Source: an uncultured Gammaproteobacteria bacterium
GTDB taxonomy: Bacteria; Patescibacteriota; Patescibacteriia; UBA1558; GWA2-36-10
Assembly (NCBI GenBank): GCA_964515785.1
Contig: CAZEWH010000003.1
Coordinates: 16,013 to 80,012 of the forward strand
Direction: 5' to 3'
DNA: 64,000 nucleotides
Shown piece after piece: positions 38,302-49,314 of the stretch (position 1 is its first letter; each line of letters begins with the position of its first letter). Position numbers and translations under genes: made by a program. Under the pieces are notes generated by a model that was not told the DNA's origin, did not search any database, and saw only the letters and a program-made list of their open reading frames with translations.

Positions 38302-39248
38302 TTTTTTTCTACTATGGTGAAGACTCATTTCGAGCTTGCCAAAAGATAAAAGCTATTGAGCAAAAATTTCAAGACAAGGTTGATAAAAATGCTCACAATA
38401 TACAAACTCTAGACGCTGAATTTATCTCAGCTGATGATTTTTGGCAGGCTATCAGAGCTCAAGGATTTTTGGCTGACAAAAAACTAATTATTATCAAAAA
38501 TATTTTTTCCAATCGCAAGCTAAAAGATTGGCAAGATGAGCTTATAAAATATTTAAACAAACAAGAAGATACTACAGAAGAAAACTATCTAGTTTTTTGG
38601 CAAACTGGCAAAGTAGATTCTCGTCTCAAGCTTTTCAAGGCTCTAAAAAAATTCAAATTTGTCGAGGAGTTTATAAATCTCAAACCACTAGAAATTAAAA
38701 AATGGATAGAACGTCAAGTGGCTAATCAAAACAAAAATATCACTCCCCAAGCAATTGATGTCTTGATTAGCTATGTTGGAAATAATCTTTGGCAGCTCTA
38801 TCAAGAAATAAATAAATTATTAAACTATTGTGATAAAGATATTACAGATCAAGATGTAAAAACTCTAGTCCAAGCCAAGATAGATGAAAATATTTTTAAT
38901 TTTGTAGATGCTTTAGGAAACAAAGATAAAGCTCTGGCCCTCAAAATGCTCGAAGATCAGATAAACAACGGTGTTAATTCTCAATATATTTTGACTATGG
39001 TCACTCGCCAGTACAGAATTTTGATAAAAGCTAAATCTTTAGAAAATCAGATAAAATATCCTGGTGCTTTGGCTCAAGCTTTAAAAATACCTAGCTTGGT
39101 AGCTGAAAAAGCTATGACTCAAAGCAAAATGTATGACCTGGTTCAACTAAAAAAAATATACCAGCAATTGCTGATACTTGATGAAAAATTTAAGAGCACT
39201 GTTGATCAAGAAAAAATCCTATTTGCTCAAGTTATAAATAGTTTATAA
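38298..39248 (+). CDS. holA: DNA polymerase III delta subunit (HolA-like)
   Basis: 317 aa; ATGA overlap with polA stop; weak similarity pattern of delta subunit (clamp-loader AAA-like lid); assignment moderately uncertain. Confidence 0.5.
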   Translation: MIFFYYGEDSFRACQKIKAIEQKFQDKVDKNAHNIQTLDAEFISADDFWQAIRAQGFLADKKLIIIKNIFSNRKLKDWQDELIKYLNKQEDTTEENYLVFWQTGKVDSRLKLFKALKKFKFVEEFINLKPLEIKKWIERQVANQNKNITPQAIDVLISYVGNNLWQLYQEINKLLNYCDKDITDQDVKTLVQAKIDENIFNFVDALGNKDKALALKMLEDQINNGVNSQYILTMVTRQYRILIKAKSLENQIKYPGALAQALKIPSLVAEKAMTQSKMYDLVQLKKIYQQLLILDEKFKSTVDQEKILFAQVINSL

Positions 39249-39284
39249 AACAAAAAATCCCGCCAAAGGCGGGAAAATTTGTTT
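39245..39284. terminator. bidirectional terminator between holA and rpsT
   Basis: TCCCGCC-AAAG-GCGGGA hairpin flanked by A/T runs. Confidence 0.6.
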
Positions 39285-39304
39285 ATATCAAAGATCAGTA
39301 AAAT

Positions 39305-39652
39305 TTATTTTTTAGTGTCTTCTTTCTTAACTGGTTCAGATGGTTTGGCTTCTGCTTTTTTAGGAGCTTTAACAGCGTCTACTTTGACACCAGCTTTTTT
39401 AAGCATAGCAATAAAACGAGTTTTTTTACGATTACCAGTATTTGGTTTCAAGACTCCAGATTTTACTGCTTTATCAATAGCTTTTTGCAAGCTATAAACT
39501 AGATCATTGGCTCGTGTCTCGATATCACCTTTAGTAATAGATTTTTCACCTTGCTTGATAAGTTCTTTAATATTACGCTTAACCAAAACATTGGCTCGGG
39601 TAAGCTTTGCTGTTTGTTTCAAGTGTTTGATTGCTGATTTCTTATTTGGCAT
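39305..39652 (-). CDS. rpsT: 30S ribosomal protein S20 with Lys/Ala-rich C-terminal extension
   Basis: MPNKKSAIKHLKQTAKLTRANVLVKRNIKELIKQ typical S20 N-terminus. Confidence 0.8.
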   Translation of the reverse strand: MPNKKSAIKHLKQTAKLTRANVLVKRNIKELIKQGEKSITKGDIETRANDLVYSLQKAIDKAVKSGVLKPNTGNRKKTRFIAMLKKAGVKVDAVKAPKKAEAKPSEPVKKEDTKK

Positions 39653-39716
39653 ATTTACTGTTATAATTAATCTAACTTACAAGATATTAACATAAAATTA
39701 TTAAAACGTCAAGACT

Positions 39717-39965
39717 ATGGCAAAATACATATCACCCCAACAACAAATGCTAATTATCGAGAAATTATACCGTTCTCAAGATTCAATATATAGCACTGAA
39801 AAGTTTAACAAAGCATATCAAGACAAAACTGGTAAAATGGGCGACAGAACTCTAGAACTCAATGATTTTGCCCGTAAAATGAAGAAGACTGCTTTTACTA
39901 GCTTTGATGTAGAGCGTTTTACCAAAGAAATTACTGGTGAAATAATTGATCTAGAGACTTTATAA
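39717..39965 (+). CDS. hypothetical small protein
   Basis: 82-aa ORF, native composition, no motif; 3' end overlaps truB. Confidence 0.3.
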   Translation: MAKYISPQQQMLIIEKLYRSQDSIYSTEKFNKAYQDKTGKMGDRTLELNDFARKMKKTAFTSFDVERFTKEITGEIIDLETL

Positions 39966-40686
39966 CCTGACTAGTATCTAGTTTATATTTTTGTAAAGTA
40001 ATCTTAGAAACTTCATCCAATAACAAAGCATTATTTACATCAAAATCGCCAATTTTGGTACGACGCAAGTCTGCTAAAAGCGCTCCTGTGGTCATAGCTT
40101 GTCCTAGATCATAAGCCAAACTACGGATATAAGTGCCAGCTGAAGCTGTCACTTTTATTTTTGCCTTAGGATATTCAAAATTTAAAATTTCTAAATTATA
40201 AATATTTATTTTTTTTGTAGGCGCTGTGACTTCTTTGCCTGCTCGGGCTAATTTATGTAATTTTTGTCCAGCTACTTTTTTGGCAGAATAAATTGGCGCT
40301 TGTTGTTCTTGTTCACCCAAAAATTTATTTAAATTATTTTTTAATTTAATTAAATCAAATTCTTGAGCTTTATTATTTATTTTTATCTCGCCTTCTAAAT
40401 CATAAGTATCAGAAGTTTGGCCAAATAAAATATCAGCTATATAAATTTTGGGTAGATTATGAAAGACATCAATAAATTTAGTAGCCTGACCAGTAGCCAT
40501 GATTAACAAACCAGAAGCAAGTGGATCTAGAGTGCCAGCAAAACCAACTTTTTTTATATTTAAAACTTTTCGTAATATAGCCACAGCTTTAAAAGAATTT
40601 ATACTTTTTGGTTTGTCTATTAAATAAAAACCAGCTTGCGGATCTGCCAAAATATTTTGAATTTTTTGTTTACTTATTTTTATCAT
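39931..40686 (-). CDS. truB: tRNA pseudouridine(55) synthase
   Basis: GFAGTLDPLASGLL catalytic-Asp motif. Confidence 0.85.
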   Translation of the reverse strand: MIKISKQKIQNILADPQAGFYLIDKPKSINSFKAVAILRKVLNIKKVGFAGTLDPLASGLLIMATGQATKFIDVFHNLPKIYIADILFGQTSDTYDLEGEIKINNKAQEFDLIKLKNNLNKFLGEQEQQAPIYSAKKVAGQKLHKLARAGKEVTAPTKKINIYNLEILNFEYPKAKIKVTASAGTYIRSLAYDLGQAMTTGALLADLRRTKIGDFDVNNALLLDEVSKITLQKYKLDTSQVIKSLDQLFHQ

Positions 40687-42647
40687 GACTTTTTATTAAT
40701 CAAAATATCTAACTTGTCTCTTAGTTCTATAGCTTTTTCAAACTCCCAATTATCAGCTGCTAATTCCATTTGTTGTCTTAGATTATCTTGTAGCCCCTGA
40801 ATATCACTAGGTGATAATTCTTTGATTTCGTCTTTAAAATTTTTCTTGATATCTAGTTCTTTGAATTGCACTTCTTTGATTTTTTTAGAAATACTCTGAG
40901 GCTTAGTATTATATTTTTTATTATAATCTAATTGAGCCTTACGGCGGCGAGCCGTTTCTCTGATAGCGGCGATGATAGAACCAGTCTGATTATCAGCATA
41001 CATGATGACTCGACCATCTTGATGGCGAGCCGCTCTACCCATGACTTGCACTAGACTTGATTTTGATCTTAAAAATCCTTCTTTGTCAGCATCCAAAATA
41101 GCTACTAAAGACACTTCTGGAAGATCAAGGCCCTCTCGCAATAAATTTATGCCTACTAGGACATCATATTTACCAGCTCTCAAATCTCGCAATATTTCTA
41201 CTCGCTCTAAAGTCTTGATTTCAGAGTGCAGATATTGCACTTTAATATTGCGAGATAATAATACCTCTGTTAGATCTTCAGCTAAACGTTTAGTAAGAGT
41301 AGTGACCAACACTCGTTGCTTATTTTTAGTTGTTGCTTGAATTTCTTTGACCAGATCATCTATTTGACCTTTACTTGGCCTGATATCTATCTCAGGATCT
41401 ACTATATAAGTAGGACGGATAAGCTGCTCAACGACCTGCTTTGATTTGTCTAGCTCAGTATCAGCTGGAGTAGCTGATATATAAATAGTATTTTTTAGTA
41501 ATTTGTTAAACTCATCAATATCTAGTGGTCGATTATCAAAAGCAGATTGCAATCTAAAACCAAAATCTACCAGGTTTTGTTTGCGGGCTCTATCACCAGC
41601 ATACATACCACCGATTTGAGGCAAAGTCATATGAGATTCATCTATAAATACCAAAAAATCATCAGGAAAATAATCAAGCAAGCTATTTGGTGCATCACCT
41701 GGCTGTCTGCCATCAAAATAACGAGAATAATTTTCTATACCACCACAGTATCCAACTTGCTCTATCATTTCTAGATCATGATTAGTTCTAGTATTTAATC
41801 TCTCAGCAAATAAAGGTTCACCTTTTTTGTGTAAAGCAGCTACTTCTTTGTTTAGATCTTTTTTTATGATAGGTAATACTTTTTTAATCTTATCTTCAGC
41901 TGTCAAAAAGTGCTTGGCTGGAAAAATAAAAACTTGCTTAATCTTGTCTTTGACATGATGATTAAAAATATCTATTAGTTCAATGTTTTCTAATTTATCC
42001 CCGAAAAAATTCAGACGATAAAATTCATTTTCCTGACCAGAAGCAAAAATATCTATAATTTCTCCTCGCACAGCAAAAGTGCCACGACTCAAGACAGTGT
42101 CGTTGCGTTGATATTGTAGATTATTTAAATTTTTAAGTAATCTGAATCTATTATATTCTTTATTAATTTCTAAATCTATTTTAAAATCTGCATACTCAGC
42201 TGGATTACCAAGATTATAAATACAAGATACAGAAGCCACTATCAATACATCTCGTCGTGTTAATAAACTTTGAGTGGAAGCATGCCTTAATCTGTCTATT
42301 TCTTCATTGATCTGGGTTTCCTTGGCAATATAAGTATCTGAAGATGGAATATAAGCCTCAGGTTGGTAATAATCATAATAAGATACAAAGTAGTGAACTG
42401 CGTTATTTGGAAAAAAGTCTTGAAACTCAGAAGCAAGCTGAGCTGCCAAAGTCTTGTTATGACAAATCACTAAGGTCGGTCGATTGGTTTTGGCTACTAC
42501 ATTGGCCATAGTAAAAGTCTTGCCACTACCAGTCACACCTAAGAGAGTTTGGTGGTCATAATTCTTGTTTAAACCGTCAACCAAACTATCAATAGCTTGT
42601 TGTTGATCACCGGCTGGTTTAAATTTTGCTTTAAGCTGAAAATCCAT
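40683..42647 (-). CDS. uvrB: excinuclease ABC subunit B
   Basis: Walker A GVTGSGKTFT, helicase motifs, C-terminal UVR domain, 654 aa. Confidence 0.9.
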   Translation of the reverse strand: MDFQLKAKFKPAGDQQQAIDSLVDGLNKNYDHQTLLGVTGSGKTFTMANVVAKTNRPTLVICHNKTLAAQLASEFQDFFPNNAVHYFVSYYDYYQPEAYIPSSDTYIAKETQINEEIDRLRHASTQSLLTRRDVLIVASVSCIYNLGNPAEYADFKIDLEINKEYNRFRLLKNLNNLQYQRNDTVLSRGTFAVRGEIIDIFASGQENEFYRLNFFGDKLENIELIDIFNHHVKDKIKQVFIFPAKHFLTAEDKIKKVLPIIKKDLNKEVAALHKKGEPLFAERLNTRTNHDLEMIEQVGYCGGIENYSRYFDGRQPGDAPNSLLDYFPDDFLVFIDESHMTLPQIGGMYAGDRARKQNLVDFGFRLQSAFDNRPLDIDEFNKLLKNTIYISATPADTELDKSKQVVEQLIRPTYIVDPEIDIRPSKGQIDDLVKEIQATTKNKQRVLVTTLTKRLAEDLTEVLLSRNIKVQYLHSEIKTLERVEILRDLRAGKYDVLVGINLLREGLDLPEVSLVAILDADKEGFLRSKSSLVQVMGRAARHQDGRVIMYADNQTGSIIAAIRETARRRKAQLDYNKKYNTKPQSISKKIKEVQFKELDIKKNFKDEIKELSPSDIQGLQDNLRQQMELAADNWEFEKAIELRDKLDILINKKS

Positions 42648-42722
42648 ACTAGAATATTAACAAATATTCAAAACTTGGCAAATAAAGAAAAATCCCCTAT
42701 TATTAAAAAATAACGAAAGGGG

Positions 42723-42974
42723 GTGAAAACCATGAGTAAAGTATGCAATTGTCCCACATCTTTCAATATTGTAATCGGCCTATATTTAATAGCTTTTAGT
42801 ATTATAAGCTGGATACAACTTTGGGAAATTACTATGCCATCTTGGCTAATATTAGTCAACTTAATTTTAGGATTATTAATTATTATTTTAAATTCACTTA
42901 ATCGTGCATATGAAAAAGCAGAAAATTTATCTGTTGAAGAAGCCAATAAACTCCACGCCAACGAAGGCTTCTAA
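42723..42974 (+). CDS. small membrane protein
   Basis: 83 aa, two hydrophobic helices. Confidence 0.35.
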   Translation: MKTMSKVCNCPTSFNIVIGLYLIAFSIISWIQLWEITMPSWLILVNLILGLLIIILNSLNRAYEKAENLSVEEANKLHANEGF

Positions 42975-43029
42975 ACAAAATAATTCAACATAAAAACACC
43001 CTGATAGAAAATATCAAGGTGTTTTTATT

Positions 43030-45963
43030 TTACTCAATAAAATTGACGATAATACCTGGAGTAGTAAATAAATTATTAGATCTATCTTTGACTATCATAT
43101 AAAATTTATAAACACCTGGGGTAAGTTCGTGTGTTAGACCAACTGATAAATTATTGACACTTGGATTTTCTATATAATTGAACCAACGAGAATTATCTTC
43201 AGGGTCAAGATAATAAAAATCCAATTTCTTTACTTTACTAGGATTGTCTATATTAAGCTGCAAGCTCAAAGGCAGATCACTTACTGACAGAGTTTCACCA
43301 TTGCTAGGATCAAGCCACAAAATATTAAAATCACGATCATTATCGTCAAGCTGTAAATTTATATTTATAGTCTTGTCTTTAAAATTATCCAAATCATCAA
43401 AAGCAATTGCTTTGAATTGATGCTGTCCATTACTCAAAAATGGATTTATCTGATAAGTAAAGTCAAAGGGTTCACTATAAGCTGTGCCAATCAAATCATC
43501 ATCTATAAAATATTCTACTCTCTCTACACCACGCGGTGCTGAAGCATTGACTCGCATATCAAAACTTCCCTGAGTAATAGTCTGATTATTATTTGGTGAC
43601 AACAAAGAAATATTAGGTTGTAAATCAGCCAAATGAATATCATCATATTCAGTAGGAGCAGACTCTGCTGTATAACCATTTTCTTCAGCCCATTTTTGAA
43701 CTACTTCTTCCCATAGTTCATACTGCGGATCTGATACTGGATTAGACAAAGGGTCACCCAGAGGATCATTTGTATTTACATAATGTAAAATACTATGAGC
43801 CTCTAAATATTGTTTTTCTTTGCGAGTAGTATAGGGTGTATATTCAGTAGCAAGCTTACCTGACATAGTATCAATCATTACTGGTTCACCGCCGCCCATC
43901 TCACCACAAACCATTGGCTTGTCACAGTCATCCAAATCATGAAGCTTAAATCCTACTACTGGCATATCTTTGGTGGCCTCACGCATAAATTTGTTCCAAA
44001 TAGGGGCTGCTACCTGACCACCACTAGCTCCTTTTTTCATCTCAGTATTATCGTTGTTACCTACCCAGACACCAGTCGCAATCTGTGGTGTAAAGCCAAT
44101 TGTCCAGGCATCTCTATAATCATTGGTTGTACCTGTTTTGGCAGCTACTTGTCTGTCTGCTAGAGTCAATAAATTATTTTCTCCAAAAACATAAGCTCGA
44201 GCAGAGTTATCTGATAATACCTCATTCAAAACACGAACTGGTTCTTTATCTATTACTCGACGGCCTTTATTATCTTGATTATCTTCAACTACTTTTCCGT
44301 TACTATCTTCTATTTTTAAGATTGGATTGGACTCCATAAAAACACCTTCACGAGCCATAGTAGCATAAGCATTGACGTGCTCCAATAACTTGACTTCACC
44401 ACCACCAAGTACTAAAGATAATCCATAGCGATCTCGCTCTGTCAAAGTACTATAACCAAACTCAGCAGCCAGATCCAAAGTATTGTAAACTCCTGCTAGA
44501 TAAAGAGTTTTGACTGCTGCAATATTGAGAGAGCCAGCCAAGGCCTTACGCATGCTTACTGGACCATGTTCTTCTAGATCATAATTGTGTGGCTCATAAT
44601 CATCACCACCAGAAGCAAAATTGGTCACTAGATCAAAAACTACTGATTCTGGTCTAAAGCCTTGAGAGAAAGCCTCTAAATAAACCAAAGGCTTCATACT
44701 GCTACCTGGTTGACGCTTGGCCAGAGCTACATTGACTTGACCATCTATATCATCATCAAAATAATCTTTGGAACCAACCATAGCTAATATTTGAGCTGTC
44801 TCAACATCTATAGATACTAGAGCAGCATTATTTGCTTCCCAGTCTTCTAAATTAGTTTCTGCAATTTCTTCAATAGTTGCTTCAGCGGTTTGCTGCAAAT
44901 CCCAATCAAGTGAAGTAGTAATCTTCCAACCGCTCTGTTCAAGGTTGGTAGTACCATATTTATTTTCTAAAAATTCACGAACATACAAAACAAAATGTGG
45001 TGCTTTTATATTTTCTATTCTTTTTTTGAAAATTAATTCCTCAGCTTTAGCAGCTTCAGCATCAATTGAAGAAATAAAATCTTGTTCCTCCATCAAATCT
45101 AAGACAATATGCTGACGATCTATTAATTTATCTTTATTGGAGCCATAGGGAGAATAATAAGTCGGACCTTTTGGCAAAGAAGCCAAGATAGCTGCTTCAG
45201 CCAAACTAAGATCTTTGGCTGCCTTACCAAAATAATAATGAGCCGCTGACTCTACACCATAAGCAGAACTCCCATAAGGTATTTCATTGAAATAAAACTG
45301 CAGAATTTCTTGTTTGGAATATTTAGATTCTATACGATAAGACAAAATCCATTCTTTGATTTTACGAGATACTTTTCTCTCGTTGGTAAGAATAGCATTT
45401 TTGACAAACTGTTGAGTCAGGGTCGATCCACCTTGAGCACGCTTGCCTTGCAGACGTGGTACAATCTGTCCTCGGATAATACCCCATAAAGAAATCCCTT
45501 TATGTTCATAAAAATTTTTGTCTTCAATAGCAATCGTAGCATTGATTACATAATCTGGTAATTCTTCTATATCTATCAAAGTCCTGTTTTCTGGACCATG
45601 TACCTCATAAAGTAAAGTCTCACCTGTACGGTCATAAATCTTGGCGCTCAAAGCTACGCTACGATCCATAATCTTGCCTGGTTCTGGCAAATCTTTGGAA
45701 TAATAAACAAACAAAATAATAATAAAAATACCAAATAATAGCACCCCAGCTGTGATAAATGGCCATAATCTGCGTATTAAACGCTTGGATAAACTCTTTT
45801 TTGGGGTCTTTTTAATCTTATTAGAAGAAGAAAAACGCCTTTTTTTAGGCCTTTTTTTCTTCATTTTAATATCTGCATTGATATTATGACTAGTAAATTT
45901 GGGCTTACTATTACCTATTTGCCGGCTACGAAAGCCAGTCTTTTTTAATTGGGGAATTGGCAT
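43030..45963 (-). CDS. class A penicillin-binding protein (transglycosylase + transpeptidase) with long C-terminal beta-rich extension
   Basis: GT51 motifs ATIAIEDKNFYEHKG, transpeptidase SSMKP/SxN/KTG(T) motifs, N-terminal anchor, about 250-aa C-terminal extra domains. Confidence 0.85.
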   Translation of the reverse strand: MPIPQLKKTGFRSRQIGNSKPKFTSHNINADIKMKKKRPKKRRFSSSNKIKKTPKKSLSKRLIRRLWPFITAGVLLFGIFIIILFVYYSKDLPEPGKIMDRSVALSAKIYDRTGETLLYEVHGPENRTLIDIEELPDYVINATIAIEDKNFYEHKGISLWGIIRGQIVPRLQGKRAQGGSTLTQQFVKNAILTNERKVSRKIKEWILSYRIESKYSKQEILQFYFNEIPYGSSAYGVESAAHYYFGKAAKDLSLAEAAILASLPKGPTYYSPYGSNKDKLIDRQHIVLDLMEEQDFISSIDAEAAKAEELIFKKRIENIKAPHFVLYVREFLENKYGTTNLEQSGWKITTSLDWDLQQTAEATIEEIAETNLEDWEANNAALVSIDVETAQILAMVGSKDYFDDDIDGQVNVALAKRQPGSSMKPLVYLEAFSQGFRPESVVFDLVTNFASGGDDYEPHNYDLEEHGPVSMRKALAGSLNIAAVKTLYLAGVYNTLDLAAEFGYSTLTERDRYGLSLVLGGGEVKLLEHVNAYATMAREGVFMESNPILKIEDSNGKVVEDNQDNKGRRVIDKEPVRVLNEVLSDNSARAYVFGENNLLTLADRQVAAKTGTTNDYRDAWTIGFTPQIATGVWVGNNDNTEMKKGASGGQVAAPIWNKFMREATKDMPVVGFKLHDLDDCDKPMVCGEMGGGEPVMIDTMSGKLATEYTPYTTRKEKQYLEAHSILHYVNTNDPLGDPLSNPVSDPQYELWEEVVQKWAEENGYTAESAPTEYDDIHLADLQPNISLLSPNNNQTITQGSFDMRVNASAPRGVERVEYFIDDDLIGTAYSEPFDFTYQINPFLSNGQHQFKAIAFDDLDNFKDKTININLQLDDNDRDFNILWLDPSNGETLSVSDLPLSLQLNIDNPSKVKKLDFYYLDPEDNSRWFNYIENPSVNNLSVGLTHELTPGVYKFYMIVKDRSNNLFTTPGIIVNFIE

Positions 45964-46034
45964 ATATTATCAGTATTTGAATTATACCAAAAATACGCTA
46001 TAATTTGAATATAATAAGTGAATAAAAATTTGCT

Positions 46035-47243
46035 ATGACTAAAGTTAGTACAGATCAGGAAAAAATTCAAGAACTAATGACCCGGGGTGTTCAGAACATT
46101 TATCCAAATCCCGATTTTTTAACTAAGGCTCTAAAATCAGGAAAACAACTGACTTTGTATTTGGGTATAGATCCAACTGGTCCAACTTTGCATCTTGGGC
46201 ATGCTATTCCTCTCAAAAAATTAGCTGAGTTTCAAGCTCTTGGTCATAAAGTAATATTATTGATCGGTAATTTTACAGCCACTATCGGAGACCCGACTGA
46301 CAAGGCGGCTACTCGCAAACCTCTTACTCGTCAGCAGGTCTTAGATAATGCATCAGATTATAAAAAACAAGCAAAAACTTTTTTGAAATTTTCTGGAGCC
46401 AATAAAGCCGATTTTAAATACAATGCAGTTTGGTTTGATAAATTAAATTTTGCTGAGGTTTTAAAATTATCTTCTCATTTTACTGTCCAGCAATTACTAG
46501 AGCGTGATATGTTTGACAAGCGCATGAAGGATGGCAAACCAATTGGCTTACACGAATTTTTGTACCCAGTGATGCAAGCTTATGATTCTGTAGCTATGAA
46601 TGTAGATGGTGAAATTGGTGGCAATGATCAGACCTTCAACATGCTAGCTGGCCGAACTTTGATGAAGTCCACAGGCAATAAAGAAAAATTTGTCTTGACT
46701 ATGAAATTGTTGGCTGACAATACTGGTACCAAGATGGGAAAGACTGAAGGTAATATGCTGGCCATGTCAGACAGTCCTCAAGATATGTTTGGTAAAGTAA
46801 TGTCTTGGACAGATGACATGATCATCGATGGTTTTGAACTTTGTAGTAATACATCTATGAAAGATATCAAAAAATTTGCCCAAGAATTGGAATCTGGTAC
46901 AAATCCTCGAGATATCAAATTTAAATTAGCTACAGAAATAGTAAAATTTTATTATTCTGACAAAGATGCTGAAATATCTGGACAAGAATTTAATAAAATT
47001 TTTAGCGAAAAAGGCAAGCCTAGTGACATGTCAGAGTTTGATATAGCTAGTGGCAAAATAAATCCAGTAGATTTATTAATTAATCTAAAATTCTCTACTT
47101 CAAAATCTGAAGCTAAGCGCTTAATTACTGGCAATGGCTTTAAAGTTAATGATAAAAAAATAACAGACTGGCAAACAGATATAGCTATCAAATCTGGCGA
47201 TGTTATCCAGGCTGGTAAACGTAAATTTGGAAAGATAAAATAA
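46035..47243 (+). CDS. tyrS: tyrosyl-tRNA synthetase
   Basis: HIGH (TLHLGHA), KMSKS-like KMGKT, C-terminal S4 domain. Confidence 0.85.
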   Translation: MTKVSTDQEKIQELMTRGVQNIYPNPDFLTKALKSGKQLTLYLGIDPTGPTLHLGHAIPLKKLAEFQALGHKVILLIGNFTATIGDPTDKAATRKPLTRQQVLDNASDYKKQAKTFLKFSGANKADFKYNAVWFDKLNFAEVLKLSSHFTVQQLLERDMFDKRMKDGKPIGLHEFLYPVMQAYDSVAMNVDGEIGGNDQTFNMLAGRTLMKSTGNKEKFVLTMKLLADNTGTKMGKTEGNMLAMSDSPQDMFGKVMSWTDDMIIDGFELCSNTSMKDIKKFAQELESGTNPRDIKFKLATEIVKFYYSDKDAEISGQEFNKIFSEKGKPSDMSEFDIASGKINPVDLLINLKFSTSKSEAKRLITGNGFKVNDKKITDWQTDIAIKSGDVIQAGKRKFGKIK

Positions 47244-47938
47244 TGATCAAACCAATTACCACATTATTTATGCTTATTTCAGTTGATGGTAAAATATCAA
47301 CTGGTAATACAGATAAACTAGATTTTGATAAAGACCTCCCTAAAATAAAAGGAATCAAAGAAGGTCTACAACAATATTATGATATTGAAAAAACCACTGA
47401 TTATCATTCTTTAAACTCTGGTAAAGTACTAGCAAAAATCGGAGCTAATAAACCTCAAAAAAATATTGCCAAAACAGTAGTTCGTTTTTTGATTATAGAC
47501 AATAAACCTCACCTCAATAAAACTGGCGTAGATAATTTTATTAGAAAAAGCAAAAAACTGTATATTATTACTACCAATAAAAAACATCCTGCTTTTTTAC
47601 GTAAAGACGCAGATAATCTTGAGATTATTTATTATCCAAAAACTATAGACTTTGTAGATTTATTCAAAAAACTAAAAAAAGATTTTGATGTAAAAAGATT
47701 GACGATCCAAACCGGTGGCACACTAAATTCTATCTTCTTGAGAAATAAATTAATCGACAAATTATCTATAGTCGTAGCGCCAGCCTTGGTTGGCGGCAAA
47801 GATACATCTTCTTTGATCGACGGCAAGTCACTATCTTCTGTCAAAGAATTGTCTCAAATAAAAGCTTTGAAATTACTCACAGTAAAAAAACTAAAAAACT
47901 CTTATATACATCTTAAATACTCTATTATTAATAAATAA
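47243..47938 (+). CDS. RibD C-terminal domain / DHFR-like reductase family protein
   Basis: LISVDGKIS N-terminal and IQTGGTLNSIFL...VVAPALVGG C-terminal patterns. Confidence 0.5.
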   Translation: MIKPITTLFMLISVDGKISTGNTDKLDFDKDLPKIKGIKEGLQQYYDIEKTTDYHSLNSGKVLAKIGANKPQKNIAKTVVRFLIIDNKPHLNKTGVDNFIRKSKKLYIITTNKKHPAFLRKDADNLEIIYYPKTIDFVDLFKKLKKDFDVKRLTIQTGGTLNSIFLRNKLIDKLSIVVAPALVGGKDTSSLIDGKSLSSVKELSQIKALKLLTVKKLKNSYIHLKYSIINK

Positions 47939-47950
47939 AAATAAAAATAT

Positions 47951-48568
47951 ATGGACGTAAAAAATTCACCAAAACAACATCTGATAGTAGGAATATTTTC
48001 TATAATTCTAGTTATTATTCTCCATTATTTATTAGATTTAGAGTGGGCCAAGGCTTTTGCTAGAACTTCATTTTTTCTTTTATTCTTGATAATGATAATC
48101 GGGCCACTGACTAGAATAAAAACTCCTACTAAAAGTGCAGAACCCCTAGTAAGTCCCTGGAGATGGCGAGGAGAATTGGGTATTTGGTTTTTTCTGACAG
48201 CTCTAATGCATTTTATTCTTTTATTAACAGACAGGTCTTTATCTACTATGATCAAAATTGGTGGATCTGGATATAGCTTGACCAATCTACTTGGTCTCAT
48301 TGCTTTGATCATGGCTATATTATTAGCTATCACTTCTATAGGAAAAGTTATTTCCTGGCTAGGAGTCAGATCTTGGAAAAGATTACATAGTTTGACCTAT
48401 GTGGTTTTTTATCTAGTGGCTGCTCACTATATATATTTTCAATTTTTCTCAACCTACGGCAAAGTTGGTCCTGATTGGTTTGGTTGGATAGCAACTATTC
48501 TGACTATCATCGCTATAATCCTACAAATCATTGCTTTTATAAAAACTGTTTTAAAACAAAAAAAATAA
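47951..48568 (+). CDS. polytopic membrane protein with conserved His in helices (ferric-reductase/MsrQ-like?)
   Basis: six hydrophobic helices, His in LMHFILLL and AAHYIYFQF; weak. Confidence 0.3.
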   Translation: MDVKNSPKQHLIVGIFSIILVIILHYLLDLEWAKAFARTSFFLLFLIMIIGPLTRIKTPTKSAEPLVSPWRWRGELGIWFFLTALMHFILLLTDRSLSTMIKIGGSGYSLTNLLGLIALIMAILLAITSIGKVISWLGVRSWKRLHSLTYVVFYLVAAHYIYFQFFSTYGKVGPDWFGWIATILTIIAIILQIIAFIKTVLKQKK

Positions 48569-48571
48569 ACT

Positions 48572-48650
48572 CCCGCCAGAGGCGGGTCCGCCTTTGGCGG
48601 AAAAATAACCAAATAGAAAAGACGTTCTAAAAATGAACGTCTTTTTTGAA
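48572..48650. terminator. triple hairpin terminator block
   Basis: CCCGCC-AGAG-GCGGG, CCGCC-TTTG-GCGG, and AGACGTTC...GAACGTCT + TTTTTT. Confidence 0.6.
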
Positions 48651-48651
48651 A

Positions 48652-48984
48652 TTAGAGCTTAGCCTCTAGCTTGGCCCAAAACTCACCTTTAGGATCACTA
48701 TGCCAAGTACCATCTGGCTCTTCGACATCAAAACGATCCTCACACACTCTGACAGTGATTCCAAACTCCACATTACCTTCACTGAAGAATTTTACTTCGT
48801 AATGTGGCACTTGCTCAAGGTCAACCGACTCAATAGACCCATGATCTTCGCGGCCTCCACCAGCTGCCCAAAAGAAAAGGTCGTCTGCTTCTTGTGGATC
48901 GTCGATCACTACTGATTGAATTTCTGATTGACCAGGCATGTGTTTGGTAGCTTCAACTCTGACCATTTTAGGAACATGTCCCAC
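48652..48984 (-). CDS. hypothetical acidic protein, GC-rich (island I, third gene)
   Basis: track ORF to 49041 overlaps upstream gene; AGGAGG then GTG at 48984 (6-nt spacing) gives a non-overlapping 110-aa product. Confidence 0.45.
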   Translation of the reverse strand: MGHVPKMVRVEATKHMPGQSEIQSVVIDDPQEADDLFFWAAGGGREDHGSIESVDLEQVPHYEVKFFSEGNVEFGITVRVCEDRFDVEEPDGTWHSDPKGEFWAKLEAKL

Positions 48985-48994
48985 GATTAACCTC

Positions 48995-49297
48995 CTAACC
49001 CTCTTCAGAGCTTTTAAAGAAATCTCCCCAAGGGCCATCAACTAACTTCAGAATGGTCAACGGCACTTCAAAACGCTGATGATTCATGCTCGGTACCAGG
49101 ATCGTAGCTATGTCATTACCAGAAATCTGATCCGGTACATCATCTTCATTGATAATGCCTGTCGTTGCTTCCTCCATTGCCACGATAATGCCCTTGGTGT
49201 CAGCTGGTAGATCTTCATGAGCTTCGATCAGAGTGACTTCAGTTTCCATCAGATCTTCAGCTGTGAATTCAACTTCTACTCTTGCTCCCATGTTCAA
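48995..49297 (-). CDS. hypothetical acidic protein, GC-rich (island I, second gene)
   Basis: 100 aa, AAGGAGG 6 nt upstream. Confidence 0.5.
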   Translation of the reverse strand: MNMGARVEVEFTAEDLMETEVTLIEAHEDLPADTKGIIVAMEEATTGIINEDDVPDQISGNDIATILVPSMNHQRFEVPLTILKLVDGPWGDFFKSSEEG

Positions 49298-49314
49298 CCT
49301 CCTTATAAAGACAA